The notes below the pieces were generated by a model that was not told where the DNA came from, made no database searches, and saw only the letters and a list, made by a program, of their open reading frames with translations. The position numbers were made by a program, and so were the translations under genes. Below, in pieces: positions 24,437 through 32,000 of a stretch of 32,000 nucleotides of DNA. Source of the stretch: Staphylothermus marinus F1. Its GTDB lineage: Archaea > Thermoproteota > Thermoprotei_A > Sulfolobales > Desulfurococcaceae. The stretch is taken from the NCBI RefSeq assembly GCF_000015945.1, contig NC_009033.1, positions 930,001 to 962,000 of the forward strand, written 5' to 3'. The stretch's first letter is position 1; every line of letters begins with the position of its first letter.

Positions 24437-26281
24437 TTGAGGATATTAACAATACATGCTAGAAAATTTCATTATAAAGCATTATCACAAGCTCTAGATA
24501 AACCCGAGGAACTTACTAATGAAAATAAAGAGGGTTTCTTTGAGAACGTTTTAGTTGTCTTTACAAGTGTTGAGGAAGGAGATAATGAAAAAGTTGTTGA
24601 GAAAGCTGTTACTGAAATACTCGATATAGCTAATAGGGTTAAGCCGAAAACTATATTGTTATATCCATATGCTCATTTATCATCTGATCTAGCATCGCCT
24701 AGTCAAGCACTAGAAATTATGAAGTTGTTGGAGCAGAAACTACGTGGTAAAACAGATTTAGAAGTTTATAGAGCACCTTTTGGATGGTATAAGGAATTTA
24801 TGCTTGACTGCTACGGCCACCCATTAAGCGAGTTATCTAAAACGATAAGAATCACTGGAGGCGGAGAAGTTGTTAGGCGGGAATTGAAGAAGGAATTCTA
24901 TATATTGACGCCGGACGGTAAGGTTTATGATCCAGAAAAGTTTAACTACGATAAATATCCTGATCTAAAAATACTTGTTGATAAAGAGGTTTTTGGAAAA
25001 GAACTTCCTGGAGGAGTTAATAGAGTAAATGATTACTGTAGGAAATTCGGGTTTGAATGGGAACCCATGAGTGATCATGGACATATGAGGTATGGGCCTC
25101 ACGCAGTAATTATAATGGAGTCTATTATGCAGTATTCATGGAATATTGTGAGAAGTCTAGGAATACCAGTTTACAAGGTTATGGGTACTAATATGTTCAA
25201 TTTATCAGAAAAACCTGTTCTTGAACATGCTCTATTATTTGGTGATAGATTATATGAGCTTAAAGTTGATAATGAGAAATTTGTATTAAGATATGCTGCT
25301 TGTCATCAACAATTCGCTATGTTAAGGGATTGGATTATTAGTTATAAGAACTTACCATTTGGAATGTTTGAAGTAGCTGATAGTTATCGTCTTGAGCAGA
25401 GGGGAGAACTCAACCTGTGTTTCAGACTTAGAAAATTCTATATGCCCGATCTACATATCTTGAATAGAGATCTAAATGAAGCAATTAAGATATCACGTAT
25501 AGTGCAGGATAAGATTCTCGAAGAAATAGCTAAGATTGGTAGAAAATATGTGGCACTATATAATGTTACTAGTGATTTCTTCGATAAATACCGGGATATT
25601 CTCATAGAGTTTGTGCGCAGAGAAAATTATCCAGTACTAGTATCTGTTATACCTAGTGGAATATATTATTGGGTGCTAAACGTTGAATACCATATTATAG
25701 ATAATTTGAATAGACCACGCGAGATTGCAACGTTTCAGATAGATATTGGTAATGGTGAAAGATTCAATATTACATATACTGATGAGAAAGGAGAAAAACA
25801 TCATCCAGTAATCATACATACAGCAATTATTGGTGGTATTGAGAGGTTCATATATACAATATTTGATACAGCGGCATTAATGGAGAAAGAGGGTAAGACA
25901 CCATATATACCAACATGGTTAGCCCCGGTGCAGGTAAGAATTATACCTATAAAGAACGAGTATTTGGATTATGCAGAAAAAGTTGCTGAGAAAATAGAGA
26001 ATGCTGGGTTTAGAGTAGATATAGATGATCGTGGTGAGAGCTTAGGGAAAAAGATAAGGGATGCTGGTAGAGAGTGGATACCATACATAGTAGTCATTGG
26101 CGAAAGAGAAGTTAGGAGTAATACTATAAATGTTAGAATAAGGAGAACAAATGATCAAAAAGTTATGGTTACCGACGAGCTGATAAGGATCTTAGAGGAG
26201 GAAACAAAGAATTATCCCAGAGTATCCTTAACAATGCCTAAGTATCTGAGTAAAAGACCTATACCTAGTTATCATGCATGA
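24437..26281 (+). CDS. thrS: Threonyl-tRNA synthetase, archaeal type with N-terminal editing domain
   Basis: The 614-aa ORF has an archaeal editing domain (MRILTIHARKFHYKA...YPYAHLSSDLASP...APFGWYKEF). The class II core follows (AACHQQF, YRLEQRGELN..RLRKFYMPDLH, HTAIIGGIERF), then an anticodon-binding domain (PVQVRIIPI...). Confidence 0.9.
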   Translation: MRILTIHARKFHYKALSQALDKPEELTNENKEGFFENVLVVFTSVEEGDNEKVVEKAVTEILDIANRVKPKTILLYPYAHLSSDLASPSQALEIMKLLEQKLRGKTDLEVYRAPFGWYKEFMLDCYGHPLSELSKTIRITGGGEVVRRELKKEFYILTPDGKVYDPEKFNYDKYPDLKILVDKEVFGKELPGGVNRVNDYCRKFGFEWEPMSDHGHMRYGPHAVIIMESIMQYSWNIVRSLGIPVYKVMGTNMFNLSEKPVLEHALLFGDRLYELKVDNEKFVLRYAACHQQFAMLRDWIISYKNLPFGMFEVADSYRLEQRGELNLCFRLRKFYMPDLHILNRDLNEAIKISRIVQDKILEEIAKIGRKYVALYNVTSDFFDKYRDILIEFVRRENYPVLVSVIPSGIYYWVLNVEYHIIDNLNRPREIATFQIDIGNGERFNITYTDEKGEKHHPVIIHTAIIGGIERFIYTIFDTAALMEKEGKTPYIPTWLAPVQVRIIPIKNEYLDYAEKVAEKIENAGFRVDIDDRGESLGKKIRDAGREWIPYIVVIGEREVRSNTINVRIRRTNDQKVMVTDELIRILEEETKNYPRVSLTMPKYLSKRPIPSYHA

Positions 26282-26360
26282 ATTTTTAATTAATTCTCCT
26301 CAATGATTGGGGAGCAATTTGACGACTAGGGGATCTAAGAAATTTATTGGAAGACATTTA

Positions 26361-26921
26361 ATGGTTAAGGGGAAATATATAAATGATATTCTTAGCGGTA
26401 GAAAGAAAGCTACTATTAGGAGAGGAATTGTCAAACCTAGATATAAAGAAATAATAGTTCATGGGGCAGGAAGACCTATAGCGAAAATCTCTGTTGAGAA
26501 AGTATATTATAAACGCTTATATGAATTAACAGATGAAGATGCTGTGAAAGATGGTTTTTCTAGCCGTAGAGAACTAATTGATGAGTTGAAAAAAGTTTAT
26601 CCAGACATAAAAGATGATGAATGGGTAACAATTATTGAGTTCAAGGTTGTTCAGAGACTGGATCATTTAGAAACCGAGGATCCTTATCTAGGACTAGAAC
26701 CAGCAGACATTGCCCGCATAGCACTTAGGTATTTAGAGAATGAATTAGATGAAAAAGATAAGGAGATCCTATTAGATCTTACGAGGACAGGCAGCATCCG
26801 ATCAACTACGGTAAGATTATTCGGAACAATTGATAAAAGATATGTTGTGAGAAAAGTTTTAAGAAAAGCCCTTAATAAACTGGTCGAAAAAGGAATAATT
26901 AAGGTTAGGAAGGGAAAATAA
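26361..26921 (+). CDS. ASCH (PUA-like) domain protein with a C-terminal helical/wHTH-like extension
   Basis: MVKGKYINDILSGRKKATIRRG...DAVKDGFSSRRELIDELKKVY matches the ASCH pattern. The track ORF begins at TTG 26307, but the ATG at 26361 is the more likely start. Confidence 0.7.
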   Translation: MVKGKYINDILSGRKKATIRRGIVKPRYKEIIVHGAGRPIAKISVEKVYYKRLYELTDEDAVKDGFSSRRELIDELKKVYPDIKDDEWVTIIEFKVVQRLDHLETEDPYLGLEPADIARIALRYLENELDEKDKEILLDLTRTGSIRSTTVRLFGTIDKRYVVRKVLRKALNKLVEKGIIKVRKGK

Positions 26922-27077
26922 ATGACATACTGGATACTTCGATGTAAAACATGCGGGAATAAATGGAAACTACTAGTAAGCTATCCGTTGAAGAAGGAGT
27001 TTAAAGAGCTCTATCATTATTGCCCATACTGTAAAAGAAATACTTACCATGAAATAATTGAATATATAGAAGAATGA
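26922..27077 (+). CDS. Unannotated 51-aa zinc-ribbon protein
   Basis: My translation is MTYWILRCKTCGNKWKLLVSYPLKKEFKELYHYCPYCKRNTYHEIIEYIEE*. It has two CxxC knuckles 22 residues apart. The ATG directly follows the TAA of the upstream ASCH gene. It falls below the ORF track length cut-off. Confidence 0.55.
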   Translation: MTYWILRCKTCGNKWKLLVSYPLKKEFKELYHYCPYCKRNTYHEIIEYIEE

Positions 27078-27134
27078 TGATTCCACGGGAAAGACCCATA
27101 TAGGGGATGAATAAACCTGTCTCAGCTGATCTTT
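27069..27134 (+). ncRNA. C/D-box sRNA candidate
   Basis: The layout is GAAGA-AUGAUGA(C)-UUCCACGGGA-AAGA(D'?)-CCCAUAUAGGGG (hairpin)-AUGAAUA(C')-12 nt AACCUGUCUCAG-CUGA(D)-UCUUU. It has a 5-bp terminal stem (GAAGA/UCUUU, including one G-U pair). The C box includes the TGA stop of the 51-aa ORF. Confidence 0.6.
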
Positions 27135-27187
27135 ACAAATTTCTTCGTAGTTAAATTCATTATTCTCCTTTGATGAGCCTAATTAAT

Positions 27188-28492
27188 TTAATCTATCCAG
27201 TCTCCTACATTGATTTTTTCAGGTATGTATTTGTCTGCGAGGAATTTGAGGCCTTTGCTTGCCATAGCTTCTATTTCGAGTTTTGATAGTGTTTTGAAGA
27301 ATATGCATAGTTCTCTGATCCATTCTGGTGTTCTAAACCATGGATATCCTGCTAATCCCTCCTTTTTTCTCCTGATCTTACTCTTTAGTTCTTTGTTCTC
27401 GAGACAAGCTTCTGCAACATCGTATCCTATTAGTTCGACTGCTCTTTCAATATCTTTTGGTTTTGCCTTGATAATGTAGTTTCTACGTTCTTGTTCTGTT
27501 AGATATGGTTTCTTTCTTGGTAGTTTTCGTAGTGTGGAGGATGATATTGTTTTGATTGATTTTAGATCCTTTATTTTCTCTCTAATGATTTCGTCTCCAA
27601 ATACATCTGTCATTGTTACACCTATGAATTTAGCACTTGGTGTTGCTAATCTTTCGCTTTCATAGGATAATGTTATTGATCCTATTTTGAATACGCTATA
27701 TATATACCATCCATAGGGATCAGCATCTGCTAAAATATATACTGGCAGTTTTAGTTCTTCATTTAATCTCCTAACAAATCTACGAGTTGCTCTATCTGGT
27801 TGACCAGCACTTGTTATTAGTATTGCTTTTTGTTTCTTCCAGAAGCCGTATCGATGTAGTTGTTGGAAGACAGCATCTTTTTCAACAACTAATACATATT
27901 CGGCATCTACATCCTTGAACTCTATCAGGTCAGGTGTTGGTTCTATAGAGTATGCTCCATGACCCATTTTACTCAGATCAATTGTGTCGTCTCCGCTTTT
28001 AATAACTAAGTTACCTACTACTTTGCCTTTCTCTTTGCTTAATATGAGCATTTCTTCTCTTAGTACTCCCAGGTATACTTCTAAATCTCTAATTACAGAA
28101 TCAGATTCTCGCTGTTCATCCCATGTGTTTTCATGATGAGTTCTACCATGTAGGTCTCTATATATTATTGTGTGTTTACCTCTATAGTAGAGATCACGTA
28201 TTGTTGGATATTCATTGTTAGCTAGTGCTTCATATATTATTGATGCCATTAGAAGTGTTTGCATAAATTTTCTTGCCTCATTTACGTCTAAGAAGCTTCT
28301 GCGTTGCATTTCTGGTCCTAGAAGAAGTAATTTGTTTTTTTCATCATAGATTGTATTGCTCAGTATTCTCTTTGGCATGACTATAACTGGTCTTTTTCCT
28401 TCAATTATTCTTTTAGCCAGTAATCTGAATTTCTTCCTCAATATTTCGATACTTTTATCACGCGCGAGTTTATCGATACTGGAAATAACCAT
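27188..28492 (-). CDS. top6A: DNA topoisomerase VI subunit A (Spo11-like)
   Basis: The 434-aa ORF has the catalytic Tyr context TIRDLYYRG and the Toprim region VLVVEKDAVF...ILADADPYGWYI. It lies 13 nt downstream of top6B. Confidence 0.9.
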   Translation of the reverse strand: MVISSIDKLARDKSIEILRKKFRLLAKRIIEGKRPVIVMPKRILSNTIYDEKNKLLLLGPEMQRRSFLDVNEARKFMQTLLMASIIYEALANNEYPTIRDLYYRGKHTIIYRDLHGRTHHENTWDEQRESDSVIRDLEVYLGVLREEMLILSKEKGKVVGNLVIKSGDDTIDLSKMGHGAYSIEPTPDLIEFKDVDAEYVLVVEKDAVFQQLHRYGFWKKQKAILITSAGQPDRATRRFVRRLNEELKLPVYILADADPYGWYIYSVFKIGSITLSYESERLATPSAKFIGVTMTDVFGDEIIREKIKDLKSIKTISSSTLRKLPRKKPYLTEQERRNYIIKAKPKDIERAVELIGYDVAEACLENKELKSKIRRKKEGLAGYPWFRTPEWIRELCIFFKTLSKLEIEAMASKGLKFLADKYIPEKINVGDWID

Positions 28493-28505
28493 TTTATCTC
28501 ACCCT

Positions 28506-30101
28506 TCATGTTCCGATCTCTACATTTTTAATTACTTTTTCAACTTCATTCTTCGGAATACCTGTTCTAGTAGCTGTTATTTCAGCTAATTTATCAAGAA
28601 TAGTATTGTAGTCTAAACCGTCCTCGCCTATTATAATTGACAATGCCCGTGCAACTTCCGGAATATATTTTGCAAGATTAACTATTTTCTTCTTCTTTTC
28701 CTCTTCCCTGATTTTCTTGGATAAATGGTTTCGTAGCTTGCGGGCAACTTCTGAGATTGCTAGTTTTATTTCTTTCCTTATCTCTGGAACATCGGCTATG
28801 CTTTCTTTGCCTACTCCTTTAAAGGGTACTTTGGTGCTACATATATGTACTAAGACAATTATTGGTGCAGGAAGGTGTACTAGGTAATTATCCCAGTTGA
28901 TATCTTCTTTTATCACAGCGGTTATTACATCGCTCCCCTCATCATATAGGAGGGGTATCTTGTTAGCATATCTCAGTAGGTTAGGCTTATCAGATGGGCT
29001 CATAGGAACTTTTCCACCATAAGCTATGCCTGCTTCAACTATAAAGGGGTGTCCCTGATAAGCTGATGGTTTTCTTGTAGTTGCCTCCACGAACTCCGGC
29101 TCATATATTCTTGTTAATCCTGCTTTTATTATGTCTGGGCCTAGGGGAGATAGTGCTTGGGCTGTTGGAGGTCTGTATTTATCGTATTTTTTCATTGTAT
29201 TTACTAGTTTTAGAAGATCTTTATCGCTGATTTTCATGGGGTCAATGCTGGGATCCAGACCTGCCTGTGAGATAAGTGTTCTTGCTGTAACATCTCCTAC
29301 ACTTTGGAAACTCTTAATTAATAAATCGTATAATGTTGCATATTTGCCTGTTTCACGTATTCTCTTCAATAATTCTAGATCAACACCGTATGGGTGAGGC
29401 TTCACCTGTTTAGGTGGCGAGGGCAATTTATCGATTGCTCTCTTATAATAATATATTTCTCCCTCAGGAGTCATGAACACTATGTTTGCATAGGGGGTTA
29501 CAACAGCTGTTCTCAAAATATAGTCTTTTACCCTGAATCTAGCTCTGCTCCAATCACCTTCTATTGTTAATGAAACAATTGTTCCATGCCAATCTCTATT
29601 CTTTCTCCAACTACCTCTCTCCAGTATTATTGGCTGGTTCTTGTTAATGTCTATTCTTAATTTATAGTAGTATATTCTTCTAAGTCCTGGCTGGCTAGTA
29701 ATTATCTCCACTGGTCTACCAGTGGTCATTTGACCATATAGAACCGCTACTTTAACTCCTAAACCAAACATTCCACGTGTTTGTCTAAGAACATATTTTG
29801 AGCTAAACAATACTCTACCAAATGCTTCGGGAACTATGTGTGGAGGTATCCCTATACCATTGTCTTCAACGGTTATTTTATAATACTCATGTATTTGATC
29901 AGCTTTCTCAATAGTTACCTTAATATTAGGCAATATTCCATGAGCATCAGTTGCATCCAGAGCATTTTCTACTAGTTCTCTAATTGTTTGATATAGAGCT
30001 CTAGCTGGGTTAGCAAATCCAGCTATTTCCTTGTATTTGTAAAAGAATTCTGCAGCACTAATCGCTTTGTAATTCTCTGCTGTCTCGCTAGTAGCTGCCA
30101 A
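28506..30101 (-). CDS. top6B: DNA topoisomerase VI subunit B (GHKL ATPase)
   Basis: The 531-aa ORF has Bergerat-fold motifs ELVENALDA, DNGIGI and GMFGLGVK, followed by an H2TH and a transducer domain. Confidence 0.95.
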   Translation of the reverse strand: MAATSETAENYKAISAAEFFYKYKEIAGFANPARALYQTIRELVENALDATDAHGILPNIKVTIEKADQIHEYYKITVEDNGIGIPPHIVPEAFGRVLFSSKYVLRQTRGMFGLGVKVAVLYGQMTTGRPVEIITSQPGLRRIYYYKLRIDINKNQPIILERGSWRKNRDWHGTIVSLTIEGDWSRARFRVKDYILRTAVVTPYANIVFMTPEGEIYYYKRAIDKLPSPPKQVKPHPYGVDLELLKRIRETGKYATLYDLLIKSFQSVGDVTARTLISQAGLDPSIDPMKISDKDLLKLVNTMKKYDKYRPPTAQALSPLGPDIIKAGLTRIYEPEFVEATTRKPSAYQGHPFIVEAGIAYGGKVPMSPSDKPNLLRYANKIPLLYDEGSDVITAVIKEDINWDNYLVHLPAPIIVLVHICSTKVPFKGVGKESIADVPEIRKEIKLAISEVARKLRNHLSKKIREEEKKKKIVNLAKYIPEVARALSIIIGEDGLDYNTILDKLAEITATRTGIPKNEVEKVIKNVEIGT

Positions 30102-30276
30102 TATATAATCACCACTGTTTTATCATCCTTAAATATAATACTTTTTGTAACACTTTATAAGCAAAAGTATATATCAGAAAATACAATATATAGTAATACT
30201 TTCACTCTTCTCCCACACTCTCATAGAAATAAATCTTTTTCATTAATGCACAGCTTTAATGGTTTTTCAACAGTAA

Positions 30277-30687
30277 ATGGTGAGACATAATATGAATGCG
30301 ATATCACCACTAATAGCGGCAGCATTATTGTTAATAATAACTGTTGCAGGCGGCGTAATTATATATAACTATGTAATGAACACGTTGCAAGCACCCCAAC
30401 AATTTGCATCAATAACAGTATTATCTGCAAAAATGCTAGTAGATAATGGTCAAACAATACTCAATATAAAGGCAACCAATATTGGAACCACATCAGCAAA
30501 AATAACTGGAGTGAGGATCCTGCCGGACAATTTATCGGTTAATACCGATGTGACTATAGAACCAGGTGTTACTAAAAGCATAAACCTATACATAAACCAA
30601 ACATTAGACACAACCACAAACCACTATGTAATTATTGAATATGATAACGGAGAAACAGAACCTGTCATGATAAATATTATTAAGTAA
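30277..30687 (+). CDS. Archaeal type IV pilin-like protein (class III signal peptide)
   Basis: The N-terminus MNAISPLIAAALLLIITVAGG matches the archaeal pilin/flagellin N-terminal motif (xISPVIATVLLIAITV). The likely start is the ATG at 30292. The remainder is beta-rich. Confidence 0.7.
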   Translation: MVRHNMNAISPLIAAALLLIITVAGGVIIYNYVMNTLQAPQQFASITVLSAKMLVDNGQTILNIKATNIGTTSAKITGVRILPDNLSVNTDVTIEPGVTKSINLYINQTLDTTTNHYVIIEYDNGETEPVMINIIK

Positions 30688-30708
30688 CTATTTGAGGAAT
30701 GAGCAAAA

Positions 30709-32000
30709 ATGAGGATAAATAAATTTAATTCTTTTTTTAAATTTCTCAAACATCAATTCACCCGTAAAAGGTCTTTTGAAGTAAAAAAGCTAATTATTAA
30801 AGAAGCATTTCACGAAATAATAAAAGAATACATTGAGAAAACAGTAATCATCCCAGTTAAGCCTGTAAATATAGTTGAAGAATATGTTGTCGGAAACGTT
30901 GTAAGAATATATATTAATAGAACAGGTAAAAGCCTTCTACAATACATAGTTCACGAGCCAAGCTATGATAAAGACACTATATATGCTGTCTCCAAGCTGT
31001 ACATAGAAAACCCTAATTGTAAAAATAATATATGCATTCAGGAGACGCTCTCAAATATTAATGATAAAAAACTTCATAAAATATATTCCGAACAGCCGAT
31101 CCGAGTTAACTATTATTATTTCAAGATATCAAGTGGATATGGATCACTGTATCCACTAATAATTGATCCGTATATTGAGGAAATAGCTGTCAATGCATCT
31201 GATAAAATTGTATCGATAATAAATAGGAAATACTCATGGTATGGATGGATGAATACTAATATCTACATAGATGAAAAAGTAATTGATAGACTAGTCCTAA
31301 GTATTGCGCGTAAGATGGGTAAGCATTTATCAATAGCACAACCATTAGCAGAAGGCTTAACAAATGATGGTCTAAGAATTAGCTTAACCTATGGCCGGGA
31401 AATATCTAGGAAAGGTAGTAGCGTGGTTATTAGGAAAAAACCTAGCACTCCATGGACTATTACAAGACTAATAGATATGAAAATGTTATCATCATTGATA
31501 GCAGCATATGCATGGTTAGTTCTTGAGCTACGAGGCTCAATACTTATTGTTGGAGGCATGAGTACTGGGAAAACGACTCTTCTTCAAGGATTACTAACAC
31601 TTATACCGCCCACGAGAAGAGTTGTAACGATAGAGGATACACCTGAAATAACGGGATCGACTGGTTTATGGGATCCCTTGGTTGAGAGAATAGTTAGTAT
31701 TGGTGAAAGCATTAATGTTTCCATGTATGATTTATTAAAGTTTAGCTTGCGTAGAAGAGCAGATTATATAGTTGTTGGCGAGGTAAGGGGGAGGGAAGCG
31801 CGTCTCTTATTACAAGCTAGTAGGCTGGGTCACGGGGTTTTAGCAACTTTTCATGGTGAAGACGCAGAGACTGTTATTGAAAGACTTATTTCTCCACCAA
31901 TATCAATTCCGAAAAACATGTTATCTAGTATATGGAGCATTATTGTTTTAGAAAACATTAATGGTGTAAGAAGAGTTAGAAGTGTATATGAGATTACCAA
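30709..32000 (+). CDS. Type II/IV secretion-family ATPase (FlaI/PilB/VirB11-like pilus assembly ATPase), runs off the right window edge
   Basis: My own translation starts at ATG 30709: MRINKFNSFF...IDPYIEEIAVNASDKIV...ILIVGGMSTGKTTLLQ (Walker A)...ADYIVVGEVRGREA (Walker B/Asp box)...GHGVLATFHG (His box). The frame is open to position 32000. Confidence 0.9.
   Translation, partial: MRINKFNSFFKFLKHQFTRKRSFEVKKLIIKEAFHEIIKEYIEKTVIIPVKPVNIVEEYVVGNVVRIYINRTGKSLLQYIVHEPSYDKDTIYAVSKLYIENPNCKNNICIQETLSNINDKKLHKIYSEQPIRVNYYYFKISSGYGSLYPLIIDPYIEEIAVNASDKIVSIINRKYSWYGWMNTNIYIDEKVIDRLVLSIARKMGKHLSIAQPLAEGLTNDGLRISLTYGREISRKGSSVVIRKKPSTPWTITRLIDMKMLSSLIAAYAWLVLELRGSILIVGGMSTGKTTLLQGLLTLIPPTRRVVTIEDTPEITGSTGLWDPLVERIVSIGESINVSMYDLLKFSLRRRADYIVVGEVRGREARLLLQASRLGHGVLATFHGEDAETVIERLISPPISIPKNMLSSIWSIIVLENINGVRRVRSVYEIT

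Noticed and set aside
24437-26281. Whether this ThrRS is the editing-only paralogue (ThrRS-ed) known from some crenarchaea, because motif 2 reads RLRKFYMPDLH rather than the bacterial RVRGFTQDDAH.
   Set aside because: The xFxMPDxH form is, as far as I recall, the normal archaeal-type motif. The zinc-ligand Cys/His positions (AACH, DLH, HTA), motif 3 and a full anticodon-binding domain are all present in a protein of normal length (614 aa). It looks like an ordinary full-length archaeal ThrRS.

Overview
This is an AT-rich archaeal chromosomal segment of hyperthermophilic crenarchaeal type (Desulfurococcales/Sulfolobales-like; the species cannot be named without a database search). Supporting marks are reverse gyrase, two Alba paralogues, Topo VI A/B, RadA, XPB, an intron-containing tRNA, and GC-rich RNA genes standing out from AT-rich coding DNA. 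I saw no CRISPR array, IS element or integrase. The ORF track misses four kinds of content. (1) An RNase P RNA lies on the minus strand at 6041-6404. (2) Next to it is an ~890-bp ORF-free region, where a ~150-bp core of about 81% A+T is flanked by inverted arrays of ORB-like G-string repeats. I interpret this as a replication origin with no orc1/cdc6 gene in the window. This is my top candidate. (3) At least five, possibly six, C/D-box sRNAs have near-exact 12-nt guide spacing. Many carry a variant RUGAAGA box. Several overlap start or stop codons of track ORFs and force re-annotation. (4) There is an unannotated 51-aa zinc-ribbon ORF and a decayed MgtC/DUF4010 pseudogene. Other points are reverse gyrase sandwiched between two opposite-strand Alba genes, XPB without a recognisable Bax1 partner, and a partial archaeal type IV pilus locus at the right edge.
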